From Aeromicrobium sp. (GTDB taxonomy: Bacteria > Actinomycetota > Actinomycetes > Propionibacteriales > Nocardioidaceae), in the NCBI GenBank assembly GCA_052039245.1, contig JBQGDU010000105.1, forward strand, positions 1 through 39,470: a stretch of DNA of 39,470 bases, read 5' to 3'. The position numbers and the translations under genes are program-made. Position 1 is the first letter of the stretch; every line of letters begins with the position of its first letter. Positions 26,779-35,267 of the stretch are shown here, one piece after another. Below the pieces are notes generated by a model that was given only the letters and a program-made list of their open reading frames with translations, was not told the DNA's origin and ran no database searches.

Positions 26779-27740
26779 CAGCGTTCCTCCAGCTGGCGCT
26801 GTGCGCGCCGCTCGACGACGAGGTAGACGACGGTCACGATCAGCGAGAGGACCAGACCGACGACGCCGATCGCCGCGGCCTTGCCGAGATCGGAGTTGCC
26901 GAAGGCCTCTCGGTAGACATCGATGACGATCGTGTTGGTCGAGCCGGCCGGACCACCGCCGGTCAGCAGCCAGATGATCTCGAACCGGCGGAACGACCAG
27001 ATGGTCATGAGCAGCCCGACGACCTTCAGGGTCGGCGCGATCGCGGGCAGCACGATGACGCGGAAGGTCGAGAGCCCGTCCGCACCGTCGACACGCGTCG
27101 CCTCGTAGAGCTCGTCGGGCACGGACTGCAGGGCGGCGAGCACGACCAGCATGACGAACGGCGTGACCTTCCAGACCGTCGCCAGCACGACGGCGAACAG
27201 CGCCCGGTCAGGATCGGTCAACCACCCCTGGGCGTCGAGGCCGATCCGCCGGAGCCCGGAGTTCAGGACGCCGTTCGAGTCGTTGTACATCCATCGGAAC
27301 ACCAGGGCCACCGCGACGGTCGGCACGGCCCACGGGAGGGTCATGAGCGCTCGCGCGAGCGATCGCAGGGGGAAGGCTCGGTTGAGCAGGACCGCCGCGA
27401 GGGTGCCGATGACGAGCGAGGCGACGACCGTCAGGGCGGTGTAGGCGAGCGTCAGCGTGATCGCACTGATCGCGCTCCCGTCACCGAACAGGTCGCGATA
27501 GTTCTCCAGCCCCACTCCGCGGCCACCCGACGGATTCAGCAGTCGGGTGTCGGTGAAGCTGAGCTGGATGCCGCGCAGCAGCGGTACCCCTGCGAACAGC
27601 AGCAGGTAGGCCACCGCGAGGCCGACGAAGGCGTAGGCGGGACTGGGCCGGCGCCGACGCCGCGGGGAGCTGCTGCTCCTCCGCGGCGCCGGGTCAGGGC
27701 CGGTACCCGTCTCCGACGTGGCGAGGACGGACTGGGCCAT
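26778..27740 (-). CDS. Carbohydrate ABC transporter permease (MalF-like)
   Basis: VGLENY; EAA loop LYEATRVDGA; LTGGGP. Confidence 0.93.
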   Translation of the reverse strand: MAQSVLATSETGTGPDPAPRRSSSSPRRRRRPSPAYAFVGLAVAYLLLFAGVPLLRGIQLSFTDTRLLNPSGGRGVGLENYRDLFGDGSAISAITLTLAYTALTVVASLVIGTLAAVLLNRAFPLRSLARALMTLPWAVPTVAVALVFRWMYNDSNGVLNSGLRRIGLDAQGWLTDPDRALFAVVLATVWKVTPFVMLVVLAALQSVPDELYEATRVDGADGLSTFRVIVLPAIAPTLKVVGLLMTIWSFRRFEIIWLLTGGGPAGSTNTIVIDVYREAFGNSDLGKAAAIGVVGLVLSLIVTVVYLVVERRAQRQLEER

Positions 27741-27762
27741 GGGGTCTACGAGGTGGGTCGCG

Positions 27763-29019
27763 TCAGTTCGCGACGGCCGCCTCGGCCTCCTTCTGGGCGT
27801 TGTCGAGCGCGGTCTGGGGATCGAGGCCGTCGGTCAGCATGGCCTCGATGTTCCGCAGGACGATCGAACGGATCTGCGGGGTCTCCAGCTCGAAGCCCTT
27901 GATGATCGCGTTGCGGGTGTCGTCGATGTTGTCGAGCGCCTCCTGAGCCCAGGGGAACTCCTTGAGGTACTCCGCCGGAACCTCGATCTCGGTGCCCACG
28001 GTGCTCGGGAAGTTGGCGTCGACGAGCTCCTTCTGCGCCGTCTCGGTGTAGAACCAACGCAGGAAGTCCTTGGCGAGCTCGACGTTGTCGGAGGCCGCGT
28101 TGATGCCGAAACCGACGGTGACGCGGGTGAAGGCGTCGTCGGGGAAGGGCAGCTTGCTGGAGCCGATGTCCTCAGAGGTCAGGCTGTCGCTCGAGCCGAG
28201 GGTGGTGCGCATGCAGGTGAGGCAGTCGATCATCATCGCGATCTCGCCGTTCGCGAACTTCGAGCGGAAGGTGGAGGCGTCGTCACCCTTGGCGAACGCG
28301 CCGGAGTCGTACATCTCCTGGTAGGCCGTCTCGGCCTCGACGTTCTCCGGGCTGTTGATCGTGAGCTTCTCACCGTCGGACCATCCGCCGCCGAAGCCGA
28401 ACGGCCAGTTGGCGTGGTCCAGCCACCACACGGCCTCCTCGTTCATCTGGTGGCGTGCGGCGTAGCCGGTCTTGCCGGTGCGCTCGGTGACCTGCTGAGC
28501 CGCCTCGAGCAGCTCATCGGGCGTGGTCGGAGGCTCGACCCCGGCCTCGTCCAGCAGGTCCTTGTTGTAGAAGAAGGAGTAGGGGGAGACCTCCCACACG
28601 AGGGCGAGCTGCTCGCCGTCACGCTCGAAGTCCTCCGAGGCACTCACGGCGGGAGCCTGGTCGTCCTGGCCGAGCACGTCGTCGAGCGGCTCGAGGACGC
28701 CGGCGTCGGCGAGCTCGGGGAAGTAGGTGTCGGGGATGATGAAGATGTCCGGCCCCTCGCCGGCGCCGAACTGGGTGCTCAGCGTCTTCTCGTAGTCGGC
28801 GCGGGTGATCTCCTGCTTCTCGATCGAGAAGCCCTCGCGCTCGTCGGCGTACCCGCTGACGATGTCGAAGATCGTGTCGCCGCGCTCGGCCTCCAGCCAG
28901 TGCCAGCTGGCCATCGTCAGGCTGTCGTCGCCCGACCCTCCGTCGCCGGAACCACATCCGACCAGCACCGCGCCCGCGGTCATCGCGGCCAAGGTCGCCG
29001 TCAGTCCTTTGTGCATCAT
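27763..29019 (-). CDS. Sugar ABC transporter substrate-binding lipoprotein
   Basis: Signal peptide with lipobox LVGC; FYNKDLLDEAG.EPPTT.DEL; FANGEIAM (SBP_bac_1/8-like). Confidence 0.9.
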   Translation of the reverse strand: MMHKGLTATLAAMTAGAVLVGCGSGDGGSGDDSLTMASWHWLEAERGDTIFDIVSGYADEREGFSIEKQEITRADYEKTLSTQFGAGEGPDIFIIPDTYFPELADAGVLEPLDDVLGQDDQAPAVSASEDFERDGEQLALVWEVSPYSFFYNKDLLDEAGVEPPTTPDELLEAAQQVTERTGKTGYAARHQMNEEAVWWLDHANWPFGFGGGWSDGEKLTINSPENVEAETAYQEMYDSGAFAKGDDASTFRSKFANGEIAMMIDCLTCMRTTLGSSDSLTSEDIGSSKLPFPDDAFTRVTVGFGINAASDNVELAKDFLRWFYTETAQKELVDANFPSTVGTEIEVPAEYLKEFPWAQEALDNIDDTRNAIIKGFELETPQIRSIVLRNIEAMLTDGLDPQTALDNAQKEAEAAVAN

Positions 29020-29044
29020 CTCGCTCGCTTTCTCCGCCCGATGT

Positions 29045-29063
29045 CTGATGCGTAATATACTAG
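29045..29063. promoter_or_regulatory. Putative GntR operator(s) in the ABC operon promoter
   Basis: CTGATGCGTAAT plus an overlapping minus-strand CTAGTATATTAC in an AT-rich patch. Confidence 0.5.
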
Positions 29064-29204
29064 ATGCGAGTGTCCGGCGTCACAGGGATCCCGAAATGCC
29101 CCCGCGCGCCGACTCGACATCGACCGTCCCGAGGAACGCGCAGGAGGCACCGTGAGCACCCGGCCGCACCGATCAGCCCCCGCGGCGAGGGGAGTCAGCG
29201 GCGG

Positions 29205-29873
29205 TCAGAGCGAGATGGCAGCGTTCTGCATGTCCTCGACCGTCCACGCCTCGACCTCGTCGAGGTGCGCGGCGGCCGCCCTCTGCGCCGCATCGGCGTC
29301 GCGCGCGGCGATGCCGTCGAGGATCTCCATGTGGCGCCTGGTGGACCCCGCCACCCGATGGGCACCGGTGGCCCCCAGGATGCGCAGCCAGCGCACGAAG
29401 GGCTCCACGGCCTCACGGGTCTCGATCAGGCGCCGGTGCTGCGTCGTGGTCATGATCGACAGGTGGATGTGGGAGTCGCTCGCGAAGAACGGCTCGAAGT
29501 CGCCGGCCTCGGCGCGCTCGAGCGCCACCTCGGCCTCGCGGCGCAGCTCATCGACCATCGACAGGTCCATCTCCCCGGCCGCGATCCCCGTGGCCACCCA
29601 CTCCAGGCCCTTGCGCACCTGGCAGACGTCGCGCACGTCCTCGATTCCCGGTGTCGCCACGAAGGTGCCGGAGCGCGGGCGGGTGTGGACCAGTCGGTCA
29701 CGCTCCAGCCGCAGCAGCGCGTCGCGCACCGGCGTGCGGGACACACCGAACTCGGCGGCCACCGCCTGGGGGTCGATGCGCGACCCGGGCGCCAACGTCG
29801 CCTCCGTGATCCGATCCACCAGGATCCGGTACAGCTGCTCCGAGATCGACTCGACCATCAAGGTCTCCGCCAC
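29205..29873 (-). CDS. GntR family regulator (FadR/FCD subfamily)
   Basis: VAAEFGVSRTPVRDALLRLE; C-terminal HMEILDGIAARDADAAQRAAAAHL; GGAGG SD. Confidence 0.93.
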   Translation of the reverse strand: MAETLMVESISEQLYRILVDRITEATLAPGSRIDPQAVAAEFGVSRTPVRDALLRLERDRLVHTRPRSGTFVATPGIEDVRDVCQVRKGLEWVATGIAAGEMDLSMVDELRREAEVALERAEAGDFEPFFASDSHIHLSIMTTTQHRRLIETREAVEPFVRWLRILGATGAHRVAGSTRRHMEILDGIAARDADAAQRAAAAHLDEVEAWTVEDMQNAAISL

Positions 29874-29932
29874 GGGGGTCTCCTCCGCGATGTCGCGATC
29901 AGCGGCCGCGTCGCCGCTGCCCAGTGTTGTAT

Positions 29933-29944
29933 CTGATATGCAAA
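29933..29944. promoter_or_regulatory. Putative GntR operator CTGATATGCAAA
   Basis: In the divergent gntR / FAD-oxidoreductase promoter; shares the TCTGAT half-site. Confidence 0.45.
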
Positions 29945-30014
29945 ATGCTACACCGTGGGTCGGTCAGCCGGACCGTCCTCGCGTCCCCCACCCCTCGACC
30001 CCAGGAACCACCTC

Positions 30015-31436
30015 GTGACCTCGACCCACACCACCGCCGAACGCCCCCTCACGACGAGCCTCGTCGAGGAGCTCACCGCGGCGCTCGCCGACGGGGTGGT
30101 CATCGCCGACCCCGACGTGCTCGACGCCTACGCCCACGACTACGCCCCCATCTGCCCGCACGGAACGGCCGCGGCGCTCGTCCGGGCACGCAGCACGACC
30201 GACGTCGCGGCCACCGTCCGGATCGCTGCACGCCACGGCGCAGCCGTCGTCCCCCAGGGCGCGCGGACCGGTCTGGCGGGGGCCGCGAACGCCGTCGACG
30301 GGTGCGTCCTGCTGTCGATGGAACGGATGACGGAGATCCTCGAGATCGATGCCACCGACATGACGGCGACCGTCCAGCCGGGAGTGCTGAACCTCCAGCT
30401 GTCGCGGGCCGTGGGCGAGCACGGTCTGTTCTACCCGCCGGACCCGAGCTCGTGGGAGTGGTCGACCCTCGGCGGCAACGTGGCCACGAACGCCGGCGGG
30501 CTGTGCTGCGTCAAGTACGGGGTCACCGCGGACTACGTCCGCGCGCTGGAGGTGGTGCTCGCCGACGGACGCGTCGTGCGGACCGGTCGGCGCACCGCCA
30601 AGGGCGTCGCGGGGTACGACCTCACCCACCTGTTCGTCGGCAGCGAGGGCACCCTCGGCGTCATCACGGAGATCACCGTCTCCCTCGTGCCTGCCGGGGC
30701 CGCGCCCCTGACCGCCGTGGCGTTCTTCCCCGACGAGGCCGAGGCGTGCGAGACGGTCACCGAGTACCTCGCCACGGGGACCGTGCCCTCGATGCTCGAG
30801 CTCATGGACCGGACCTCGATCCGCCTCGTGCAGGCGGATCGCGACCTCGGGTTCCCCGACGACGTCGGGGCGATGCTGCTGGTGCAGTCCGACCGCGGTG
30901 GAGAGCTGGCGGTCGCCGACCTGCAGCTGTTCGCCTCCCTCGCCGAGGCGCGTGGCGCCGACGTCATGGTGGCCGAGGACGAGGCGGAGGCCGGTCTGCT
31001 CCTGGAGGCCAGGCGGCACCTGGCGATCGCGATCGAGAAGTACAGCGCCTTCCTGTCCGAGGACGTCTGCGTGCCGCGATCGCGTCTGGTCGAGCTGCTC
31101 GCCGGCGTCGAGGCGATCCGCCAGCGCCACGGCCTGGAGATGACCTGCGCCGGACACGTCGGCGACGGCAACATGCACCCGACCGTCCTGTTCGATCCGA
31201 GCGATCCCGGGCAGGTGGAGCGGGCCCGGCTCGCCTTCGACGACGTGATGCGACTCGGGCTCGACTGCGGCGGCACCATCACCGGTGAGCACGGCGTCGG
31301 GATCATGAAGGCCGAGTGGCTCGAGCGCGAGCTGGGCGACGTCTCACTCGACCTCCATCACCGCGTGAAGGACGCGTTCGACCCGCACGGCGTCTTCAAC
31401 CCGGGGAAGGTGCTGCCCACCAGGCTACGGACCTGA
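30015..31436 (+). CDS. FAD-linked oxidoreductase, GlcD/D-2-hydroxyacid dehydrogenase family
   Basis: PQGARTGLAG, YPPDPSS, TLGGNVATNAGG, KYGVT, GSEGTLG, GHVGDGNMH, GEHGVG, FNPGK. Confidence 0.92.
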   Translation: MTSTHTTAERPLTTSLVEELTAALADGVVIADPDVLDAYAHDYAPICPHGTAAALVRARSTTDVAATVRIAARHGAAVVPQGARTGLAGAANAVDGCVLLSMERMTEILEIDATDMTATVQPGVLNLQLSRAVGEHGLFYPPDPSSWEWSTLGGNVATNAGGLCCVKYGVTADYVRALEVVLADGRVVRTGRRTAKGVAGYDLTHLFVGSEGTLGVITEITVSLVPAGAAPLTAVAFFPDEAEACETVTEYLATGTVPSMLELMDRTSIRLVQADRDLGFPDDVGAMLLVQSDRGGELAVADLQLFASLAEARGADVMVAEDEAEAGLLLEARRHLAIAIEKYSAFLSEDVCVPRSRLVELLAGVEAIRQRHGLEMTCAGHVGDGNMHPTVLFDPSDPGQVERARLAFDDVMRLGLDCGGTITGEHGVGIMKAEWLERELGDVSLDLHHRVKDAFDPHGVFNPGKVLPTRLRT

Positions 31437-31460
31437 GCCGTCCGGGCGATCCCGACCACG

Positions 31461-33002
31461 TCAGTGCTCGACGCGCTCCACCGCAGGGGCGTCGCGCAGC
31501 GCACGCCACGACACCCAGGCGGCGAGCAGCGCGATGCCGATGGCCACGCCGGACGAGCGCTGGACCCCGAGGTCGAAGGCGACGCGGGCCGACTCGGCCA
31601 GCTGCTCACCGAGACCGTTCGGGAACGTGGCGGCGTGCGCCATCGTGCTGCCGAGCGTCTCGAAGGCATGGTCGTCGTCGCGCCCGAGCAACGGCGGCAC
31701 GGACAGCGTGGACCGGTACGTCGCCGTGAGGACGGAGCCGAGCACCGCGGTACCGAGCACCGCGCCCACCTCGTAGGCGGTCTCGGAGATCGCCGACGCA
31801 GACCCCGCCTTGTGCGGTGGCACGCTCGCGAGGATGAGGTCGTTCGTCAGGGTCTCGGCCACGCCGATGCCGAGGCCCATGATCGTGAACGCGACCATCA
31901 CGCTGAGCACGGTCGGCTGTCCGGTGAAGGCGGCGATGGCGTATCCCACCGAGGACGCCACGAAGCTCAGGCTCACGAGGACGCGCACCGGGAAGCGACG
32001 CACGAGGCGGACGGCCCAGAAGCCGCTCACGACCGTGACGACGAGGCCGGGCAGCAGGACCATCGCCGAGTCCATCGGCGACAGGCCGAGCACCAGCTGC
32101 AGGAGCTGCGCACCGAAGAACAGGAAGCCGGTGAGTCCCATGAGGCTCAACAGGTTGGCCACGATGGCCCCGCTGAAGACCGGGTTGCGGAACAGGGCGA
32201 CGTCGAGCATGGGCGCTGCGCTGCGCTGCTGGCGCCGCACGAACATCACGGCCGCGGCCACTCCGAGCCCGACGCAGGCGAGGGTGACGTCGTCCAGACC
32301 GGCCTTCGCCCCGTGCTTGACGGCGTAGACGATCGGGAACATCGCAAGCATCGACAGCGCGATGGAGACCGGGTCGACCGGACCCGGGGAGGGGTCGCGC
32401 GACTCCGGCACCAGCAGCAGGGCCAGTGGCACCAGCACCGCGATGATCGGGACGTTGATGAGGAAGACCGAGCCCCACCAGAAGTGCTCGAGCAGCCACC
32501 CGCCGACGATCGGGCCGAGCGCCGCCCCGCCGGAGAACATCGCGGCCCAGGTGGCGATCGCGATCCGCCGGTCGTGGGCGTTCATGAAGACGTTGCGCAG
32601 CAGGGAGAGCGTCGACGGCATCAGGGTCGCGCCGAAGAAGCCGAGCATGGCGCGTGACAGCAGGAGCATCTCGGGGGTCGTGGAGTAGGCGGCCACGAGG
32701 GACGCCGCCCCGAACCCGACGGCGCCGACCACGAGCAGGCGTCGTCGCCCGATCCGGTCGCCCAGGCTGCCCATGGCGATCAGCAGACCGGCGAGCATGA
32801 GCGCGTAGACGTCGACGATCCACAGCAGCTGGTTGCCGGTGGGCTGCAGGGCGGAGCTGACCTCGGGCAGGGCGAAGCTCAGCACGGTGTTGTCCACCGA
32901 GACGAGGAGCACCGGCAGCATCAGCACCGCGAGGGCGACCCATTCGCGCACGCCGGCGCGGGTCTCGTCGGGGAAGGTGGGGCGGTTCTGGATGGACGTC
33001 AT
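31461..33002 (-). CDS. MFS drug efflux pump, DHA2 (14-TMS, LfrA/QacA-like)
   Basis: WVALAVLMLPVLLVSVDNTVL, WIVDVY, GSLGDRIGRRR, WWGSVFLINVP, AGSASAISETAYEVG. Confidence 0.93.
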   Translation of the reverse strand: MTSIQNRPTFPDETRAGVREWVALAVLMLPVLLVSVDNTVLSFALPEVSSALQPTGNQLLWIVDVYALMLAGLLIAMGSLGDRIGRRRLLVVGAVGFGAASLVAAYSTTPEMLLLSRAMLGFFGATLMPSTLSLLRNVFMNAHDRRIAIATWAAMFSGGAALGPIVGGWLLEHFWWGSVFLINVPIIAVLVPLALLLVPESRDPSPGPVDPVSIALSMLAMFPIVYAVKHGAKAGLDDVTLACVGLGVAAAVMFVRRQQRSAAPMLDVALFRNPVFSGAIVANLLSLMGLTGFLFFGAQLLQLVLGLSPMDSAMVLLPGLVVTVVSGFWAVRLVRRFPVRVLVSLSFVASSVGYAIAAFTGQPTVLSVMVAFTIMGLGIGVAETLTNDLILASVPPHKAGSASAISETAYEVGAVLGTAVLGSVLTATYRSTLSVPPLLGRDDDHAFETLGSTMAHAATFPNGLGEQLAESARVAFDLGVQRSSGVAIGIALLAAWVSWRALRDAPAVERVEH

Positions 33003-33070
33003 GGAACGGGCCTCCTCTCGGCCTGCTGGACCGTGGTGGTGGACGTGGACGGCGGGTGCCGAGCACCCGA

Positions 33071-33100
33071 TCTACTATACCGGCTGGACGGTATAGTAGA
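33071..33100. promoter_or_regulatory. TetR operator palindrome
   Basis: TCTACTATACCG-gctgga-CGGTATAGTAGA, perfect 12-bp arms between the pump and the divergent TetR. Confidence 0.85.
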
Positions 33101-33195
33101 CAGGCCACCGCGGTGTGAGTCCGGCCACCGGGACGGTCCCGCCGGCAGCCGTGTTCCCGTCGGCGGCAACCGGTCGTTCGTCTACGATCGAGCGC

Positions 33196-33723
33196 ATGGC
33201 CGAGCGATCCACGCGGGACCGACTTCTCGATGCCTTCGAGTCCCTGCTCGTGGACTCCGGCAGCCGCGGCGCGACCCTCGACGCCGTCGCCGGCGCCGCG
33301 GACGTCTCCAAGGGCGGCCTGTTGTACCACTTCGGCAGCAAGGACGCGCTCGTGGTCGGCATGCTGGAGCGTCTGCGCGAGCAGGGCGTCGCCGACGTGG
33401 AGAAGATGCGCTCGGCCCGCAAGGGACCGGTCGACTTCTACCTGGAGACCTCGGTGGACTCCGGCAGCGACTTCGACCGCGCGCTCATCGCGGCCGCCCG
33501 CATCGCGCAGGAGAACGACGCGCGCGCCTCGGAGGCTCTCGCGGACCTGCGCGAGGGCTGGTTCGCCGTGCTCCGCGAGCACCTGGGCGATGAGTCCCTC
33601 GCCCGGACCGTGCAGCTCATCGGCGACGGTCTGTACTTCGACGACACCACCGGGCTCGCGGAGAAGAACGCGCTGAAGCACGTGCGCGACGTGCTGGGAC
33701 GTCTCGGCGCGCTCGGCGCCTGA
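33196..33723 (+). CDS. TetR family transcriptional regulator
   Basis: TLDAVAGAADVSKGGLLYHFGSKDAL; TACGAT 7 nt before ATG 33196. Confidence 0.92.
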   Translation: MAERSTRDRLLDAFESLLVDSGSRGATLDAVAGAADVSKGGLLYHFGSKDALVVGMLERLREQGVADVEKMRSARKGPVDFYLETSVDSGSDFDRALIAAARIAQENDARASEALADLREGWFAVLREHLGDESLARTVQLIGDGLYFDDTTGLAEKNALKHVRDVLGRLGALGA

Positions 33724-33727
33724 GGAC

Positions 33728-33782
33728 ACTCACCCACTGCTCACCCCGCGGGGGCCGCGGGGTCATCCCCCGTTCACCTCCT
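33728..33782 (+). promoter_or_regulatory. PHO box array (PhoP direct repeats, 11-nt period)
   Basis: ACTCACCCACT / GCTCACCCCGC / (weak unit) / GGTCATCCCCC / GTTCACCTCCT at 33728, 33739, 33750, 33761 and 33772, upstream of glpQ. Confidence 0.75.
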
Positions 33783-33799
33783 CCCCCTGCCATGGAGGC

Positions 33800-34981
33800 A
33801 TGAGGATCCTCGCTCTCGGCACGGTGCTCGGCCTCGCCCTGGCCACGCTCGTCGCCACTCCCGTCATCGCCTCCGCCGCTGCGGCCACCGCGGGCGATCG
33901 CCCCACCGCGAAGAAGGCCGGCAAGCCGGCGCTCAGGAACCCGTTCACGACGTCCCGCACGCCTGCCGTCATCGCGCACCGTGGCGCGTCCGGGTACCGG
34001 CCGGAACACACGCTCGCCGCCTACCAGCTGGCCATCGAGCAGGGCGCCGACGTCATCGAGCCCGACCTCGTGAGCACCTCCGACGGCGTGCTCGTCGCCC
34101 GCCACGAGAACGAGATCAGCGGCACGACGGACGTCGCGGACCGACCGGAGTTCGCCGACCGGCGCACCACCAAGAGCATCGACGGCAAGGACGTCACCGG
34201 CTGGTTCACCGAGGACTTCACGCTCGCGGAGCTTCGCACGCTGCGCGCGGTGGAGCGACTGCCCGAGGTCCGACCCGGCAACACGCTCTACGACGGCCGC
34301 TTCCAGGTGCCGACGTTCGACGAGATCATCTCGCTCGCCCGCTCCGAGAGCCGCCGGAAGGGCCGGACGATCGGCGTCGCCCCGGAGACGAAGCACCCCA
34401 CCTACTTCGAGTCCGTCGGCCTGGACCTCACGCCACCGCTGTTGCGCAGCCTGCGTCGCGTCGGCTGGGACCACGGCCGCGCTCCGGTGCTCGTGCAGTC
34501 GTTCGAGACATCCAACCTGAAGGACCTCGCGCGTCGCTCGCGCGTGCCGCTGCTGCAGCTGACGTCGGCCTCCGGCGCTCCCTACGACCTCGTCGCCCGT
34601 GGCGACGGCACGACGTACGCGGATCTCATGAGTCCGCAGGGTCTGCGCCGTGTGGCGAGGTACGCCGACTGGGTCGGGCCGGAGAAGAACTCGATCATCC
34701 CGCGGGACGCCGAGGGTCGGCTCACGTCGCCCTCGCCCGTCATCCGCGACGCCCACCGCGCCGGGCTGCTGGTGAGCGTCTACACGGTGCGCAACGAGAA
34801 CCAGTTCCTGCCGACGGACCTGCGCAGCGGCGCCGCTCCCTCCGCCCACGGAGAGGTCCGCGCCGAGCTGTTCGCCTTCTTCGACGCCGGTGTCGACGCG
34901 GTCTTCGCGGACTTCCCCGACACTGCCGTCAAGGCGCGCAAGGCCTACCAGCGCGACCGGCGCCCCGCCCTCTCCCGCTGA
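33800..34981 (+). CDS. glpQ: Secreted glycerophosphodiester phosphodiesterase
   Basis: Signal peptide; IAHRGASGYRPEHTLAAY, IEPDLVST.DGVLVARHE, PETKHP, VQSFE, YTVRNEN, GVDAVFADFP. Confidence 0.93.
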   Translation: MRILALGTVLGLALATLVATPVIASAAAATAGDRPTAKKAGKPALRNPFTTSRTPAVIAHRGASGYRPEHTLAAYQLAIEQGADVIEPDLVSTSDGVLVARHENEISGTTDVADRPEFADRRTTKSIDGKDVTGWFTEDFTLAELRTLRAVERLPEVRPGNTLYDGRFQVPTFDEIISLARSESRRKGRTIGVAPETKHPTYFESVGLDLTPPLLRSLRRVGWDHGRAPVLVQSFETSNLKDLARRSRVPLLQLTSASGAPYDLVARGDGTTYADLMSPQGLRRVARYADWVGPEKNSIIPRDAEGRLTSPSPVIRDAHRAGLLVSVYTVRNENQFLPTDLRSGAAPSAHGEVRAELFAFFDAGVDAVFADFPDTAVKARKAYQRDRRPALSR

Positions 34982-35044
34982 GGTCGTCCCGAACGCTCGG
35001 GAGCGTGGTCTCGATACGACCACCGAGGACGGAAGCCAGCGCCC

Positions 35045-35156
35045 GGGGGTCAGGGCCGGGCAGGGTCCCGGGCATGACCGGAGACGGGCAAGGTGACGTG
35101 GCCGAACGGGCAGGGGGCATGACGGGAGCGGGACCAGGGGACGGGCACGGGCCGGG
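35045..35156 (+). repeat. G-run-rich low-complexity tract (14 runs of 3 or more G)
   Basis: GGGGGTCAGGGCCGGGCAGGGTCCCGGG ... GGGAGCGGGACCAGGGGACGGGCACGGGCCGGG in the intergenic gap. Confidence 0.7.
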
Positions 35157-35267
35157 CCGGAACGTGACCCTGCCGAGAGCTCTCGACCGCTGGCCGGAGT
35201 GGCGACGACACCCCGCAGCCGCGACCCGCGCCCCGAGGACCGCGCGCGTCGTCCGAGCCGAGCACGC

